A DNA stretch of 64,000 nt from an uncultured bacterium (GCA_963822585.1 CAWGIE010000035.1:224001-288000), one strand, 5' to 3'; counted from the stretch's first letter, positions 47,916 to 60,019 are shown. The notes: generated by a model from the letters alone, not told the origin. Made by a program: numbers and translations.

Positions 47916-49894
47916 ACGTCGAACTTCGAACATCGACCGTTCACCCGTCAGGGACGACCGCCCGGAGAAGTAGAAAAACCGCCCGCAAAAAACAGAACAG
48001 AGAGATAATAATCTCTCTGCTGGGACTGGCGATCATAACCGTTTTCGCCTACGGCAACAGTTTCCGGGGCGCGTTCGTCTTCGACGACGGCAACGCCATC
48101 CTCTCCAATCCGCGGATCCGTCCGCCGCTCACTGCCGCCGGTCTCTTCTCCGTTCTCCCTCCCGGGCCGATCGTCACCGTCACTCTGGCCGTGAACTATG
48201 CCCTGGGGGAGTTAAATCCGTGGGGTTATCACGCTCTCAACCTGCTTATCCACATCGGGGCCGGGTTGACTCTCTTCGGGATTATCCGTCGCACTCTTCT
48301 CCTGCTTCCCTGCCGCCGGGCCGCCGCCGCTCTCGCTTTCTCGGCCGCGTCGATCTGGCTGGTCCATCCTCTCCAGACCGAGAGCGTTACCTATATTGTC
48401 CAGCGGTACGAATCCTTGATGGGATTGTTCTATCTGTTGACCCTCTACTGCGCCATCCGCGGCGCCCGAGTGGGGCGTCCGGGGTGGTGGTACGCGGGCG
48501 CCGTTCTCGCCTGCGCCCTGGGAATGGCGACCAAGGAGTCAGCGGTTACCGCGCCGGTGGCGGTTATCATCTATGACAGGATCTTCCTTTCCCGCCGGAA
48601 GCGCCGCCGGCCGGCAAACCGGATGATCCTGTACACCGGCCTGGCGGCAACCTGGTTCTTCCTCTTTTTAATCGTCCGGGAGAAACCCTATGCCGTTTGG
48701 GGCGGTTTCGGCTACCAGGAGATCTCCCCGGTCAAGTATGCCCTCTCCCAGTTCGGAGTGATCTGCCGGTACCTCCGCCTGAGTTTCCTGCCCGGCCCGC
48801 TCTGTCTCGATTACGGCTGGCCGGTTTCCCATCGTCTGATTACCATCATCCCGTCGGCGATTATTATCGGGGGAGCCCTCATCCTGACCATCCGGGGGGT
48901 GGTGATGAAATCGCCTTTCGCTTTCCCGGGGGCGTGGTTTTTTCTTACCCTGGCCCCGACCTCCAGCATCATCCCTATTTCCGATCTTGCCTTCGAGCAC
49001 CGGATGTATCTTCCCCTGGCGGCGGTCACGGTCCTGGTCGTGATCGGGGTCCGTGCTCTTCTTCTCCGGCTGTTCCCCGATCACCCTTCCCGGAGGAAAT
49101 ATACCGGGGTGGTTTTGATGGTCGTCATTATTCCGGCCCTGGCCGTTCTCACGTTCCAGAGGAATCGGGCATATTTCTCCCCCGTCACGATGTGGAGCGA
49201 CGTGGTCTCTAAACGCCCCGGAAATCCCCGGGCGCAGTACAACCTCGGCAACGCCCTCGCAGAGGAGGGGAAGGCCGCCGCCGCCGTCGATCATTACCGG
49301 CGGGCGATCAGCCTGCGTCCCGATTACGGCGATGCTTTTTATAACCTGGCGATCAGCCTGGAAGATCTGGGGCGGCCGGAAGAAGCAGTCGTATGGTATC
49401 AACGGGCCCTGGCCTTGAATCCGGATTCCGCGCAGATACGGAATAATCTGGGCGCCGCCCTCCTGGCGACGGGCCGTGAAGAGGAAGCCGCCGTTCACCT
49501 TCGGGACGCGGTCCGTCTCGATCCGGACCTGGCAGAGGCCGGGATCAATCTGGCCAACCTGTCGGCCCGGCACGGCGATCGGGAGGGGGCGATCAGCGCT
49601 TATCGTGCAATCCTGGCGAAAAACCCGGACTCCGCGGAGGCCCACTATAACCTGGGAGTTACCCTGGCCCTGGAGGGACAGCCCGGGCCGGCGGAAGCCC
49701 AGTACCGGGAGGCGATTCGGCTCGATCCCCGGAATGCGGAGGCGTGGTATAATCTGGCTCTTCTGCTGGAAGGGAGGGATGAAGGGAATGAGGCGATGGA
49801 ATGCCTGCGGCGGGCTCTCCTGCTCGATCCCGGATTTTCCGGGGCGAAGGCGGCACTGGAGAGGATGGAGAAAGCAGTAATCGGTCATCAGTAA
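47912..49894 (+). CDS. TMTC-like GT-C membrane protein with C-terminal TPRs
   Basis: FVFDD, YHALNLLIH, VHPLQTESVTYIVQR, TKES, LCLDY, EHRMYLP, followed by about 6 TPRs. Confidence 0.88.
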   Translation: MNVELRTSTVHPSGTTARRSRKTARKKQNREIIISLLGLAIITVFAYGNSFRGAFVFDDGNAILSNPRIRPPLTAAGLFSVLPPGPIVTVTLAVNYALGELNPWGYHALNLLIHIGAGLTLFGIIRRTLLLLPCRRAAAALAFSAASIWLVHPLQTESVTYIVQRYESLMGLFYLLTLYCAIRGARVGRPGWWYAGAVLACALGMATKESAVTAPVAVIIYDRIFLSRRKRRRPANRMILYTGLAATWFFLFLIVREKPYAVWGGFGYQEISPVKYALSQFGVICRYLRLSFLPGPLCLDYGWPVSHRLITIIPSAIIIGGALILTIRGVVMKSPFAFPGAWFFLTLAPTSSIIPISDLAFEHRMYLPLAAVTVLVVIGVRALLLRLFPDHPSRRKYTGVVLMVVIIPALAVLTFQRNRAYFSPVTMWSDVVSKRPGNPRAQYNLGNALAEEGKAAAAVDHYRRAISLRPDYGDAFYNLAISLEDLGRPEEAVVWYQRALALNPDSAQIRNNLGAALLATGREEEAAVHLRDAVRLDPDLAEAGINLANLSARHGDREGAISAYRAILAKNPDSAEAHYNLGVTLALEGQPGPAEAQYREAIRLDPRNAEAWYNLALLLEGRDEGNEAMECLRRALLLDPGFSGAKAALERMEKAVIGHQ

Positions 49895-49990
49895 TCGGTG
49901 ATCAGTAATCGGTGATGGTCCGGGTCAGTTGTTGACTTCCGATGACCGAATTCTGATGATTGATGGTTGTAAGGAGAAAGGCTAAAAAAG

Positions 49991-50120
49991 CAGATCAGAA
50001 GATCAGGAGACCAGTGGGAAGATTATCAGGAGAGCAGGGGATCAGACGCCGTGGCCGGCTGTGCCTGATAACCTGATTATCCTGATAATCTTCCCACTGA
50101 TCCGCTGATAACCTGATTAC
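49991..50120 (+). repeat. Family A core, degenerate copy
   Basis: CAGTGGGAAGATTATCAGG...CCTGATAATCTTCCCACTGA palindromic core. Confidence 0.65.
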
Positions 50121-50143
50121 CATTTTAGTACCGCGACGCCAGA

Positions 50144-52458
50144 ATGAAAAAGTCCCACCGACAATTTCCTGATTTTGGCCTTGATCATCCTTCTGGGCGC
50201 GACCCTGCGCGGTATCTATCTCCGGGAGATCCGGGTCGGTCCTGAGTTTTATCATCCGGCAATTGACGAGGCGTACCATGACTACTGGGCCCGCGGACTC
50301 TCCGGAGAGGATTGGAAAGTGCCCGCCGGCTACTCCGATCCCGGGATCCGGGCCCACGCGTTTTTCCGTCCGCCCGGCTATCCCTATCTGCTGGCCGCGA
50401 TCTACCTGCTGCCGGGCGATCGTTTCCTGGCGACCCGCCTGGTACAGATGGTCGTCGGCCTGCTGGCTGTCCTGCTCGCTTTCGTCTTCGCCCGACGATG
50501 GTACGGGGATCGCCCGGCCCTGATCTTTGCCGCCTTGATGGCCTGCTACTGGGGGTTTATCTACTTCGAGGGGGAGCTGCTCGGGACGAGTATCGCGGTC
50601 TGCCTGTCTCTGCTTCTGCTGATTTTTTCGTCGTCATGGGTGGAACGGTTCAACCCGCATGTCCGGATTTCTCACCGGTCTTATCCTGGGCGTCTTCGCC
50701 CTCTTCCGCCCCAACGGGGTGCTTTTCATCCCGGTGCTCGTGCTCTGGGCGTTCTATCTGCGCCGGAGAGCGGCCCCCCCGGGGAAGGTCACCTTCCACC
50801 TGTTCGGATTCCTGCTCGGGGCGGTTCTGGTGATCGCGCCCGTCACAGTGCGCAATTATCTTCGCGAGGGCCAACCGGTGATGATATCCGCCCAGGGGGG
50901 CATGAGCCTCCTGATCGGAAACAACGCTCAGGCCGACGGGACCAACCATTACCTCCCCGGTTATGGCATGCTCGACTCGCCTTTCGACTATCCGGCCGCC
51001 GTCAGGAATCTCGAGAAGGAACGGGGAATGAAAAAGGGATCGCTCTCCTACGCGTCCGCCTCGCGGATCTATGCGCGCCGTGCCTTCTCGTATATTGTCC
51101 GCCATCCCGGGCGGTTCCTCGCTCTCACCGCCCGCAAAATCATCCTTTTCTGGGGACCCGCGGAAATCACCAATAACCGGGAAATTTCCGAGGCCCGGGA
51201 GCGTTCACCCCTCCTGAGGATTATCCCGTTCGGTTTCCCTTTCTGCCTGGCCTCATCCCTGCTTTGTCTTCTTCTCCTTCTGTCGGGGAGGGAGACCGCG
51301 GGAAGAGGAGAAAAATCTTTTCAGGTCTCTCTTCTGACAGCGCTCTTCATCTGCGTCTATTTTCTTTCGGTTCTGCCGTTTGCATCCGCCGCCCGCTACC
51401 GGATGCCGGTTATCCCGGGCCTTCTTCTCTTCACGGCCCTGGCCGTCGACGCTTTGCTCAGCCTGTTTCGCCGCCGCCGCTACGGCCCGGGATTTTTTTG
51501 GCTGCTGATCTGGGTTTTGCTGTTTTTCCTCGTCTCCCGGAACGTGTCCGGCTATCGGGCTTCGCCGGCGAAATGGCATTATGATCGGGCGGTGGCGTTC
51601 GGCAATGCCGGTCAACCGGCTGAAGCAAAAGCGGAATATCTCCGCGCTCTGGAGATCAAGCCGGACGACTATCGATCGCGCATGAACCTGGGTGCTCTGC
51701 TGATCAGAGAGGATAATGCCGCGGGAGCAGTGCAAGAATTCCGGCGCGCCGTCGCCCTGCGTCCCGATCGGGCGGAGGCGTACAGTAACCTGGGGGCCGC
51801 CCTGGCCCAGATGGGGAGAACGGAGGAAGCGATGGCCGCCCTTCAGAAGGCGATCATGATCGATCCGGAGTGCGTGCGGGCGTATGGTAACCTGGGAAGG
51901 GTTCTCGAGGCCCGGGGTGACGGGAGGGCCGCGGTGGAGGCCTTCCGCCGGGCGCTGTCCCTCAATCCGGACACCGGTGAGTTCTATTACAACTTCGGCC
52001 TGGTGCTGGCCAGGGAGGGGAGGATCGACGAAGCCATCGAGCAGTATCGGACGGCCCTCCGGCTGCAACCGGAGTCGCCCGATATCCAGAATAACCTGGG
52101 GATCGCGCTGGCTTCCCGGGGGGATACGTCAGCGGCCGTCGCTCATTTTCGGGAAGCCATCAGGATTGACCCCGATCTGGAGGTCGCCCGCGTCAACCTG
52201 GCCAACATCCTGGCGTCACGGCGGCAGTATCCGGCGGCGATCGCGCAGTATCAGCGGGCCCTGGAGATCAATCCCCGGAGCGTGGGAGCCCGGTACAATC
52301 TTGGATACACTTTCGAGTCGGCGGGGGAGAAGGAAAAAGCCATCGAGCAATACCGCGCAGCCCTCCGCCTGGACCCGGGCCATCCCCAGGCCCGTCAACG
52401 CCTGACCCTGCTCGAAGAAGGTACTGTCAAAAATTTTATGAAAGAAAGAATTCGGTAA
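50144..52458 (+). CDS. PMT/ArnT-like (GT39/GT83) membrane glycosyltransferase with TPRs (apparent frameshifts near 50147 and 50655)
   Basis: DEAYHDYWA, FRPPGYP, IYFEGEL, FRPN, VTVRNY, ARYRMP, followed by about 8 TPRs. Confidence 0.82.
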
Positions 52459-52614
52459 AGGGGAACTGAATATCCAATATTCCTTGTTGGCTGTTGGATA
52501 TTCAAAAAGGGGGAGTGCCAAGGAATGGTCCTAGCCCGCTCCAGAGAAGACAAATAGATACAAAACAAACGGAAAGTTTTGACAGAACCTCGAAGAACAA
52601 TAGGAGACGGTGAT

Positions 52615-54985
52615 ATGAAAATAATGCGACAAAGCAACACCGTCCCCTATATTTTGGGGGCGATTGTATTGCTGGGGATACTTCTCCGTCTCGGTTATCT
52701 GGCAGAGATCCGTAATACCCCCGATTTCTCCTATCCCGGGCTTGATGCCGCCTACCACATTTATTGGGCGCGAGGGATGGCAACCGGCGACTGGACGGAC
52801 TTCGAGGGCCGCGAGGACCCCCAGATCTACCGATACCCGTATTACCGTCCGCCGGGTTATGCCTTTTTCCTGAGCCTGGTTTACCGGATCTTCGGCCTGG
52901 GAGCGCTCTGGCCCCGCCTGCTCCAGTTCACGCTGGGGCTGGGAAGCGGGCTTTTGGCCTTCGGCCTGGCCCGGCGATTCTTCGGGGTTGCCGCCGGCCT
53001 GCTCTCCGCTCTGGGGGTAACGGCATACTGGATCTTCATCTACTATGAGGGTGAGCTGGCCGGTGTCGCCGGGGCGGTCTTTCTCAGTCTCCTCTTCGTC
53101 ACCCTGGCGGCCCGGGCCGCTGAACGGCGGACCTTTTCGGCTTTTCTGCTCTCCGGGATTTGCCCTGGGGGTTCTGGTTATCTTCCGGCCCAACGCGCTT
53201 CTGCTCTACCCGTTTATCCTGGCCTGGACGTTTTGGTTCGGCCGTCGCCGGAAGAGAAAAATCCGCCTCATCCCGGCGGCCGGCGGTCTGCTGCTGGGGG
53301 TATGCGTGTGTGTTCTCCCCGTAACGATCAGGAATTACGCCGTCTCAAAAGAACTGGTCCCCCTCTCCACCAACGCCGGGATCAGCCTGGGTGTCGCCAA
53401 TAATGAGTTCACGGACGGGACCACTCATTTTATCCCCGGGATCGGGAACATCGGCACCCCCTATGACTGGCCCCGGATCGTTCGCCATCTGGAGAATGTT
53501 CTGGGACGTCGGTTAAGCCACTCCCAGGCATCCGCTTACCTGAGCCGGCAGGCTTTCCTTTTCGCCGTCCGCTTTCCGGGCCGATGGATCACACTTCTGG
53601 GCCGCAAGGCACTGCTCTTCTGGTGTCCGATGGAAATCCGGAACCTGAAAGAAGTGCATTACGCCCGGCTGCATTCTCCCCTTCTGCGAAGACTCCCGGG
53701 GAATTTTCCTCTGGCCGCGGGGCTGGCGGTCCTCGGGGGAGTTCTCATCTTTCTCCCCCGACCGCGGTCGAAAAAGAGGGGCGGGGGAGGGCGCGCCCGC
53801 CCCGGGAAGGGGAATGATGAAAAAAGGGGGGGCGAAACCGGGAAAGCCCCCTTTTTACGGGACCGCGCAGGGGGAGTCCTGATGATTATCTTTATCGGGG
53901 CCTATTTCCTCTCGATGCTGCCCTTCGCGGCCGCCGCCCGCTATCGGGTTCCGGTGATACCGTTTCTTCTGATCCTGGCCGCGTACGGGGTGAGAACGAT
54001 CGGTCTTTTCATCGTCCGGCGAAAGTGGGCGGCGGCGGGGGTTTCCGTGGCCGCCGGAACAGGACTCTACCTGCTCTTCACGATCAACCTGAGCGGTTTT
54101 CGGCCCGCTCCCGAGAAATGGCATTATGACCGGGGGCTCGCCCGGCTGGAGGCCGGGCTCTGGAAAGAGTCGGTGCAGGAGTTTGACCGGGCTCTCGAAT
54201 ATCAGCCCGGCTATGCGGCTGCCTATACCAACCGGGGGGTCGCCTTGCAGAAAGGGGGGAAACTGCCGGAGGCGATCGCCTCCTATCGCCGGGCCCTGGA
54301 GCTTGACCCCGCCGCGCCCCGGGCGCTGAAAAACCTGGCCGACGCCCTCCGGGAAGAAGGGGAGACGGATGAAGCGCTAAGTCTCTACCGGCAGGCTGCC
54401 GCTTCTTCTCCGGAGTACACCGGGATATCCTGCGACCTGGCCCGGGCCCTCGCCGCATCCGGGAAACAGGAGGAAGCTGCCGAACTCTACCGGACGATTC
54501 TGCGGGACCACCCGGATAATGTGCGGGCTCACCTGGAACGGGGGAACCTTCTTCAGAATCAGGATCTTCTCCCCGCCGCCGAAGAAGAATACCGGATGGT
54601 CCTTCGGCTTGATCCCTACTCGGCCACGGCCCGATATAACCTGGCGAACGTGCTCATCCAGGAAGGCCGGATCGAAGAAGGGATAGCCGCCTATCGGGAG
54701 GTCTTGAGGCGCGCCCCCACCCACCGTGACGCCCATAACAATCTGGGGATTCAACTGGCGGCCCGGGGAGAGATGGAAGAAGCAATGGCGCACTTCCGGG
54801 AAGCGATGCGGATCGACCCGGATGATCCGGCTGCTTTCTATAATCAGGGGATCGCCCTGATCCGGGCCGGCCGTCACCGGGAGGCGATCCCGGTTCTGGA
54901 AAGGGCCGTTGCCTTAAAACCCGATTATGAACCCGCCCGGCGGGCGCTGGCAGTGGCAGGGAAGGGGGGAGCAGGAGGTCAGTAA
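52615..54985 (+). CDS. PMT/ArnT-like glycosyltransferase with TPRs, paralog (frameshift near 53160)
   Basis: DAAYHIYWA, YRPPGYA, IYYEGEL, FRPN, VTIRNY, ARYRVP, TPRs; AGGAG RBS. Confidence 0.82.
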
Positions 54986-55111
54986 TCAGTATACAGTAAT
55001 CGGTGATCAGTAATCGGTGATCGGTAATCGGTGATCGGTCCCGAAAAGTCGCCGACTGCAGTCGGCGCATCGGGATCTACGCTTCGCTTCGATAATCGGT
55101 GATCAGTGATC
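54979..55111. repeat. Family F heptamer array with hairpin cassette
   Basis: TCCCGAAAAGTC[hairpin]ATCGGGATCTACGCTTCGCTTCGATAATCGGTGATCAG, as at 56842-56933. Confidence 0.85.
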
Positions 55112-56927
55112 AAAAATCGCTCACTATTCTCTGGTTATATTATAATAAAGTATAAAATAATATATTCATCATTATTAATTATAGCTATTGGATGTATTGT
55201 TTATGCCAACAGCTTCTCGGGGGCGTTTGTCTTTGACGATGCATCCGTAATCCTGGCCAATCCGCATATTAAACAGCTCTGGCCGCCGGGGGAAGCGTTT
55301 GCCGCTCCGCCGGACAGCCCGGTCCGTGACCGCCCGATCGTCAACCTGACCCTCTCCGTGAACTACGCCCTGGGGGGCATGCGCCCCGCCGGCTATCATC
55401 TCGGTAACCTCTTGATTCATTGTGTTGCCACCCTGCTCTTATTCGGGATTATCAGGATGACGTTTTCTTCCCCGCGCCTTTCCGGCCGCTTCGGAGCCGC
55501 CGCAACCGGCCTGGCTCTGGCGGCGGCCGTCATCTGGGAAGTTCACCCTCTGCAGACGGAGAGCGTCACCTACATAACCCAGCGCTGTGAATCGCTGATG
55601 GGACTATTTTACCTGGGCACGCTCTACACCCTGATTCGGGGGGCCGCTTCCTCGCGTCCCCGGCGCTGGTACGCGGCTTCGGTGCTGCTCTGCGCCCTGG
55701 GGATGGGGACCAAGGCGGTGATGGTGACCGCTCCCCTGACGGCTCTGGTCTACGACCGGATTTTTATTTCTTCCAGCTGGAGGGAAATCGGCCGGAAACG
55801 GTGGGGGCTCTACCTGGCGCTTTTCTTGACCTGGCTCATCCAGGCGGGGCTGGTAGCGGCGACATCCTACCGGGATATCAAGACCCATCATCCCCTGGTT
55901 TACGCCCTGAGCCAATTCCCGGTCCTGGTCCATTACCTTCGGCTCTCGTTCTGGCCGCACCCTCTCTGCCTTGACTATTACTGGCCCCCGGTCGGGAGCA
56001 TCAGCGCGGTTATTTTCCCGGCTCTTCTGATCGGGGGGTTGCTGGGGATGACGGCCTGGGGGCTGGTCCGTTCCCCGGCGGCTGGTTTTGCCGGGGTCTG
56101 GTTCTTTTTGATCCTCGCCCCCACCTCCAGCATCCTTCCCTCTCGAAGACCTGGCCTTCGAACACCGGATGTATCTTCCGCTGGCTTCCCTTGCCGTGCT
56201 CGGTGTGGCGGGAGGATATGAGCTGCTCCGGAAGCTCTTCCCCGCTTCCTCTTCCCGGAGGAAGACAGGGGGGATCGCCCTCACCGTCGCGGTGATTGTT
56301 TCTTTGGGCGCCTTGACCGTCCTGCGCAATGCCGATTACCGGTCGGCGATCGGGATGTGGGAGAAGGTGATCCGGCAGCGGCCGGGTAATCCCCGCGCCC
56401 GGAACTCCCTGGGCAACCTGGAGCTGAAGCTAGGGAACACGGAGGGGGCGTTTGAACTCTATCGCTCGGCCATCGCCATCGATCCGGACTACCAGCCGGG
56501 CTTGTATAACCTGGCCAACCTGCTGGCGTCGAGGGGCGACCTGGCAGGGGCAATACGCTTTTACCGGAAGACCCTGGAAATTAACCCGAACGCGGTCGAG
56601 GCGCATAACAACCTGGGAGTAGCCTTATTCGGCCGGGGGGAGAAAGAAGAGGCTTTGGCTCACTTCCGCCAAGCGATGAGGATCGATCCCGCCGACCCGG
56701 CCGCCTATTATAACCTCGGTCTCGCTCTCTTCAAAGAGGGGCGGAACTCCGAGGCAAGCGGATTTTTAGAAAAAGCGCTGGAACTGCGCCCCGATTATCT
56801 CCCCGCCCGGACGGCTTTGCAGGCGGTCCGGGAAAGACTGCGTGATCGTGATCGGTCCCGAAAAGTCCCCGACTGCCGTCGGGGACATCGGGATCTACGC
56901 TTCGCTTCGATAATCGGTGATCAGTAA
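55106..56927 (+). CDS. TMTC-like GT-C membrane protein with TPRs, paralog (frameshift near 56140; start uncertain)
   Basis: FVFDD, YHLGNLLIH, VHPLQTESVTYITQR, LCLDY, then EHRMYLP and TPRs in the next frame. Confidence 0.82.
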
Positions 56928-57045
56928 TCGGTGTTGCCCCTGGACACGGTTTTATTTCTCCATTGTCTTGTCGGCGAAGGAGGTTTTTATTTGAAAATCC
57001 CGATGAGATGACGGTATTATCCCGAAATCTTTCCTCCTGGAAATC

Positions 57046-58556
57046 ATGATGAATAACGGCCGCAAAACAAAAAAAGAACTCCCCGCCAAACGGGAAAAAC
57101 TCCGCCGGCAGCTTGCCGCACAAGAAGCGGCCGCCGGCGGTGTTCCCCGAGTGCGGGAAACGCCGGGGGAGATCGAGAGCAAGTACCGGAGCATATTCGA
57201 ACTCTGCCCGCAGGCGATCGTGGTCCTGGATAAGAGGGGGAACGTGCTGGACGTCAATGGAAGACTGTATGATTGGCTGGGCTATTGTCCCGAAGAAGTG
57301 ATCGGGAAAAATATGACGGAGCTGCCCTATCTGACGGGAGCGAGCAGGAAGATAGCACGGGAACAATTCTTGCGGCGGATGCGCGGGGAAGAGATCCCCC
57401 CGTATGAACTGGAATTCACCCCTAAAGCAGGGGGACGGCGAATCGGGAGGATCCTGGGGACACCGGTCCGTAATGAAACCGGGCAATCGACCGTCGATAT
57501 CATCCTCATCGATGACGTCACGGAGCGGAAGGACGCGGAGGACGAGTTGCGGGGAAGCGAGGAGAGATACCGGAATCTCTTCGATATCGCTCCGGTCGGA
57601 ATCTTCCTGCTCGATCTGGAGGGAAACATCACCGCGGTCAATAACCGGGGGATCGGAATCTATGGGTACACCCGGGAAGAGCTGCTGAATCTCAATGTCA
57701 GGGATATCGTGCCCCGGAAGATCGCCGGCAACTTTCCCCGCCTGGTGCGGGATGTTCGGAAGAAAAAGAGTCTCTTCTTCGAATCGGAGGGGAAGCGAAA
57801 GGACCGGAAAATTTTTCCCCTCGCGCTCTCCGCCAATATCTTTAAATGGGGGGGCAAGGAGTTCGTGCAGGTCGTGGTCCAGGACCTTTCCGACCGGAAG
57901 GCGGCGGAGAACTCGGCCCAGTTGAGGAGGCTTTCCGAGAAGCTGTTTAAATACCAGGAGGAGGAACGCAAACATATCGCCCGTGAATTGCACGACCACA
58001 TCGGGCAGGACCTGGCGGCGATCAAGATCGGCCTGCAAATGCTGGAGAAAGAGTATCGGCTGGAACCGGGGCTCCGCCGGGAACTGAAGGAGACGGTCAA
58101 GATCGCCGAGAAGACCATCGCCGACGTGCGCCGGATCTCCTCCACCCTGCGGCCGGAGAGCCTGGACCGGATGGGACTGCTGCCTCCCTGAAACACGAGA
58201 TAGAATACATGGGTCACCGCGGGAATATCGAATTGTCGCTCACCTGTCGGGGACTCAAAGAACGGCTGGATCCGGAGACGGAGATCGCCGTTTACCGGAT
58301 CGTCCAGGAAGCGGTCACCAATATCATAAAACATGCCCGGGCGAAGACGGCTTCCGTCACCCTGCATCGGAAGGGCCGGACCCTGCATCTCTCCGTCCGG
58401 GACGACGGCCTCGGTTTGCCGCCGGGATGGGAGAAAGCGACCCGGGGACTGGGGTTGGTAGGGATCCGGGAGCGGGTGCAAGGGGTGAATGGAAAATTAT
58501 CCATCCGCTCCCGCCCGGGAAAAGGTTCGTGTCTGACGGTCACGATCCCCGTATAA
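57046..58556 (+). CDS. PAS-PAS histidine kinase, HisKA_3/NarX type (frameshift near 58185)
   Basis: Two PAS domains, ERKHIARELHDHIGQ, YRIVQEAVTNIIKHA, DDGLG, GLGLVGIRER. Confidence 0.88.
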
Positions 58557-58659
58557 AATAGCGCCTGATTGACCTGAAAAAGATTTAGCACCTGATTACT
58601 CTGATTACCCTGAAAAAGAAAAAATCAGAGAAATCAGGTAAATCAAGTGCAAAAAAGTT

Positions 58660-58730
58660 GCCCGAGCCCCGATAAACCCCGATTAAAACTTCGGGGCGGG
58701 GGCGGGGTAGACTGCGCGAGGGCCAAGTTC
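58660..58730 (+). repeat. Family H distal module with inserted REP
   Basis: Matches 36661-36732. Confidence 0.8.
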
Positions 58731-58731
58731 C

Positions 58732-59012
58732 TGTTTCGGAATTTTAAAAATAAAGATCAAATTAAAGTCTGTTCCGCCGGTGGGGGGAGTATACAAGGCG
58801 CTTAAGCGGATCAGATAATCAGGAAATCAGTGGGAAGGGGATCAGATTATCAGAGGATCAGATGGCGATGCCGGCCTCGCCTGATAACCTGATATCCCGA
58901 TATTCTTCCCACTGATACGCTGATAACCTGATATCCACTTTGGGGATAATTACTTCATCTATTTAATCCCGGGACATTGCTAAAAAAAAGTTAGCGCCGC
59001 AGGTGCTATGTT
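58732..59012 (+). repeat. Family A, copy 3, ending 3 nt before the response-regulator ATG
   Basis: Matches the reverse complement of 3481-3763. Confidence 0.9.
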
Positions 59013-59015
59013 CTA

Positions 59016-59666
59016 ATGATCAGGAAAATACTTCTCGCCGACGATCATGTCGTGGTCCGCAAAGGGTTGCGGGCCATACTGAAGGATGAGTTTCCGGCCG
59101 CCGAGATCGTGGAGGCTGCCGACGGTGTTCGTGCCGTCGACACGGCCCGCCGGCTGCAGCCGGAGCTGGCGGTGGTGGATATCGGGATGCCCGGTCTCAA
59201 CGGCCTGGAGGCGATCCGGCAGATCTCCCGGCATTCCCCCCGGACCAGGCTGCTGGTTCTCTCTCTCCATTCCGGGGGCGATATCGTCCAGGAATCCTTC
59301 GAGTCCGGAGCGGCCGGTTATCTTCTCAAAGAATGCGCGGTCGATGAACTGGTGGCGGCCATCAGCGATATTTTCGCGGGGAAGCGGTATTTAAGTATCG
59401 GTCTCGCCTCCTCCGTCCGGGAGGGGATTCAATGGGGCAAAGGGAAGAAACTGACCGGCCTTCTGGAGCGCCTCACCGCCCGGGAACGGGAAGTCCTGGG
59501 GCTGCTGGCGGAAGGGAACAATAATGCCGAGATCGCGGAAAAGCTTTTCCTCAGCCCCGAGACCGTGAAGACGCACCGCCGGAACATGATGAAGAAACTC
59601 GAGGTCCGCAACCTGGCCGGCCTGGTCAAATTCGCCCTCGATCATCACCTCACTCCCCGGCTGTAA
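59016..59666 (+). CDS. NarL/LuxR-family response regulator
   Basis: LADDH, DIGMPGLNG, YLLK, LTAREREVL, LSPETVKTHRRNMMKKL. Confidence 0.95.
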   Translation: MIRKILLADDHVVVRKGLRAILKDEFPAAEIVEAADGVRAVDTARRLQPELAVVDIGMPGLNGLEAIRQISRHSPRTRLLVLSLHSGGDIVQESFESGAAGYLLKECAVDELVAAISDIFAGKRYLSIGLASSVREGIQWGKGKKLTGLLERLTAREREVLGLLAEGNNNAEIAEKLFLSPETVKTHRRNMMKKLEVRNLAGLVKFALDHHLTPRL

Positions 59667-59871
59667 AAATGTTAGCCGCAAAAAAGAACAAAATACACAA
59701 AAGTTCCCTCTACCGCGCCCTCTTTTAATAGCCGCAAAAAGGCGCAAAAATCGCAAAAGTTCCCACCGCCTCGCCCCTGATTATGTCAGCACCTGATTTA
59801 CCTGATCCTTCGGGCTCTATACGCCATGCTCCCTGCTCCTGTCGATGGTTGATGGATAGGTCCTCAACATG

Positions 59872-59898
59872 GGGGCGAATACGGGGGTTCGCCCCTAT
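59872..59898 (-). repeat. REP hairpin
   Basis: Reverse strand ATAGGGGCGAACCCCCGTATTCGCCCC. Confidence 0.6.
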
Positions 59899-59944
59899 AA
59901 ATCATTCGACGTTGAGCGTTGAGCGTTCACGCTTTTTTTAAGAA

Positions 59945-59964
59945 AATCACCCTTTCGGGGTATT
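59945..59964. promoter_or_regulatory. Putative NarL/LuxR-type operator
   Basis: Imperfect inverted repeat AATCACCC-TTTC-GGGGTATT next to TTGCCA, downstream of the NarL-type regulator. Confidence 0.4.
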
Positions 59965-60019
59965 GCCATATTTGCTGATTCAGGAGAAGATTACATTAAT
60001 CAGGAATATGCGGAATTTT

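Noticed and set aside
58180..58210. UGA readthrough, selenocysteine or an alternative genetic code
   Set aside because: Coding continues in a different frame after the TGA, and TGA ends many intact genes normally.
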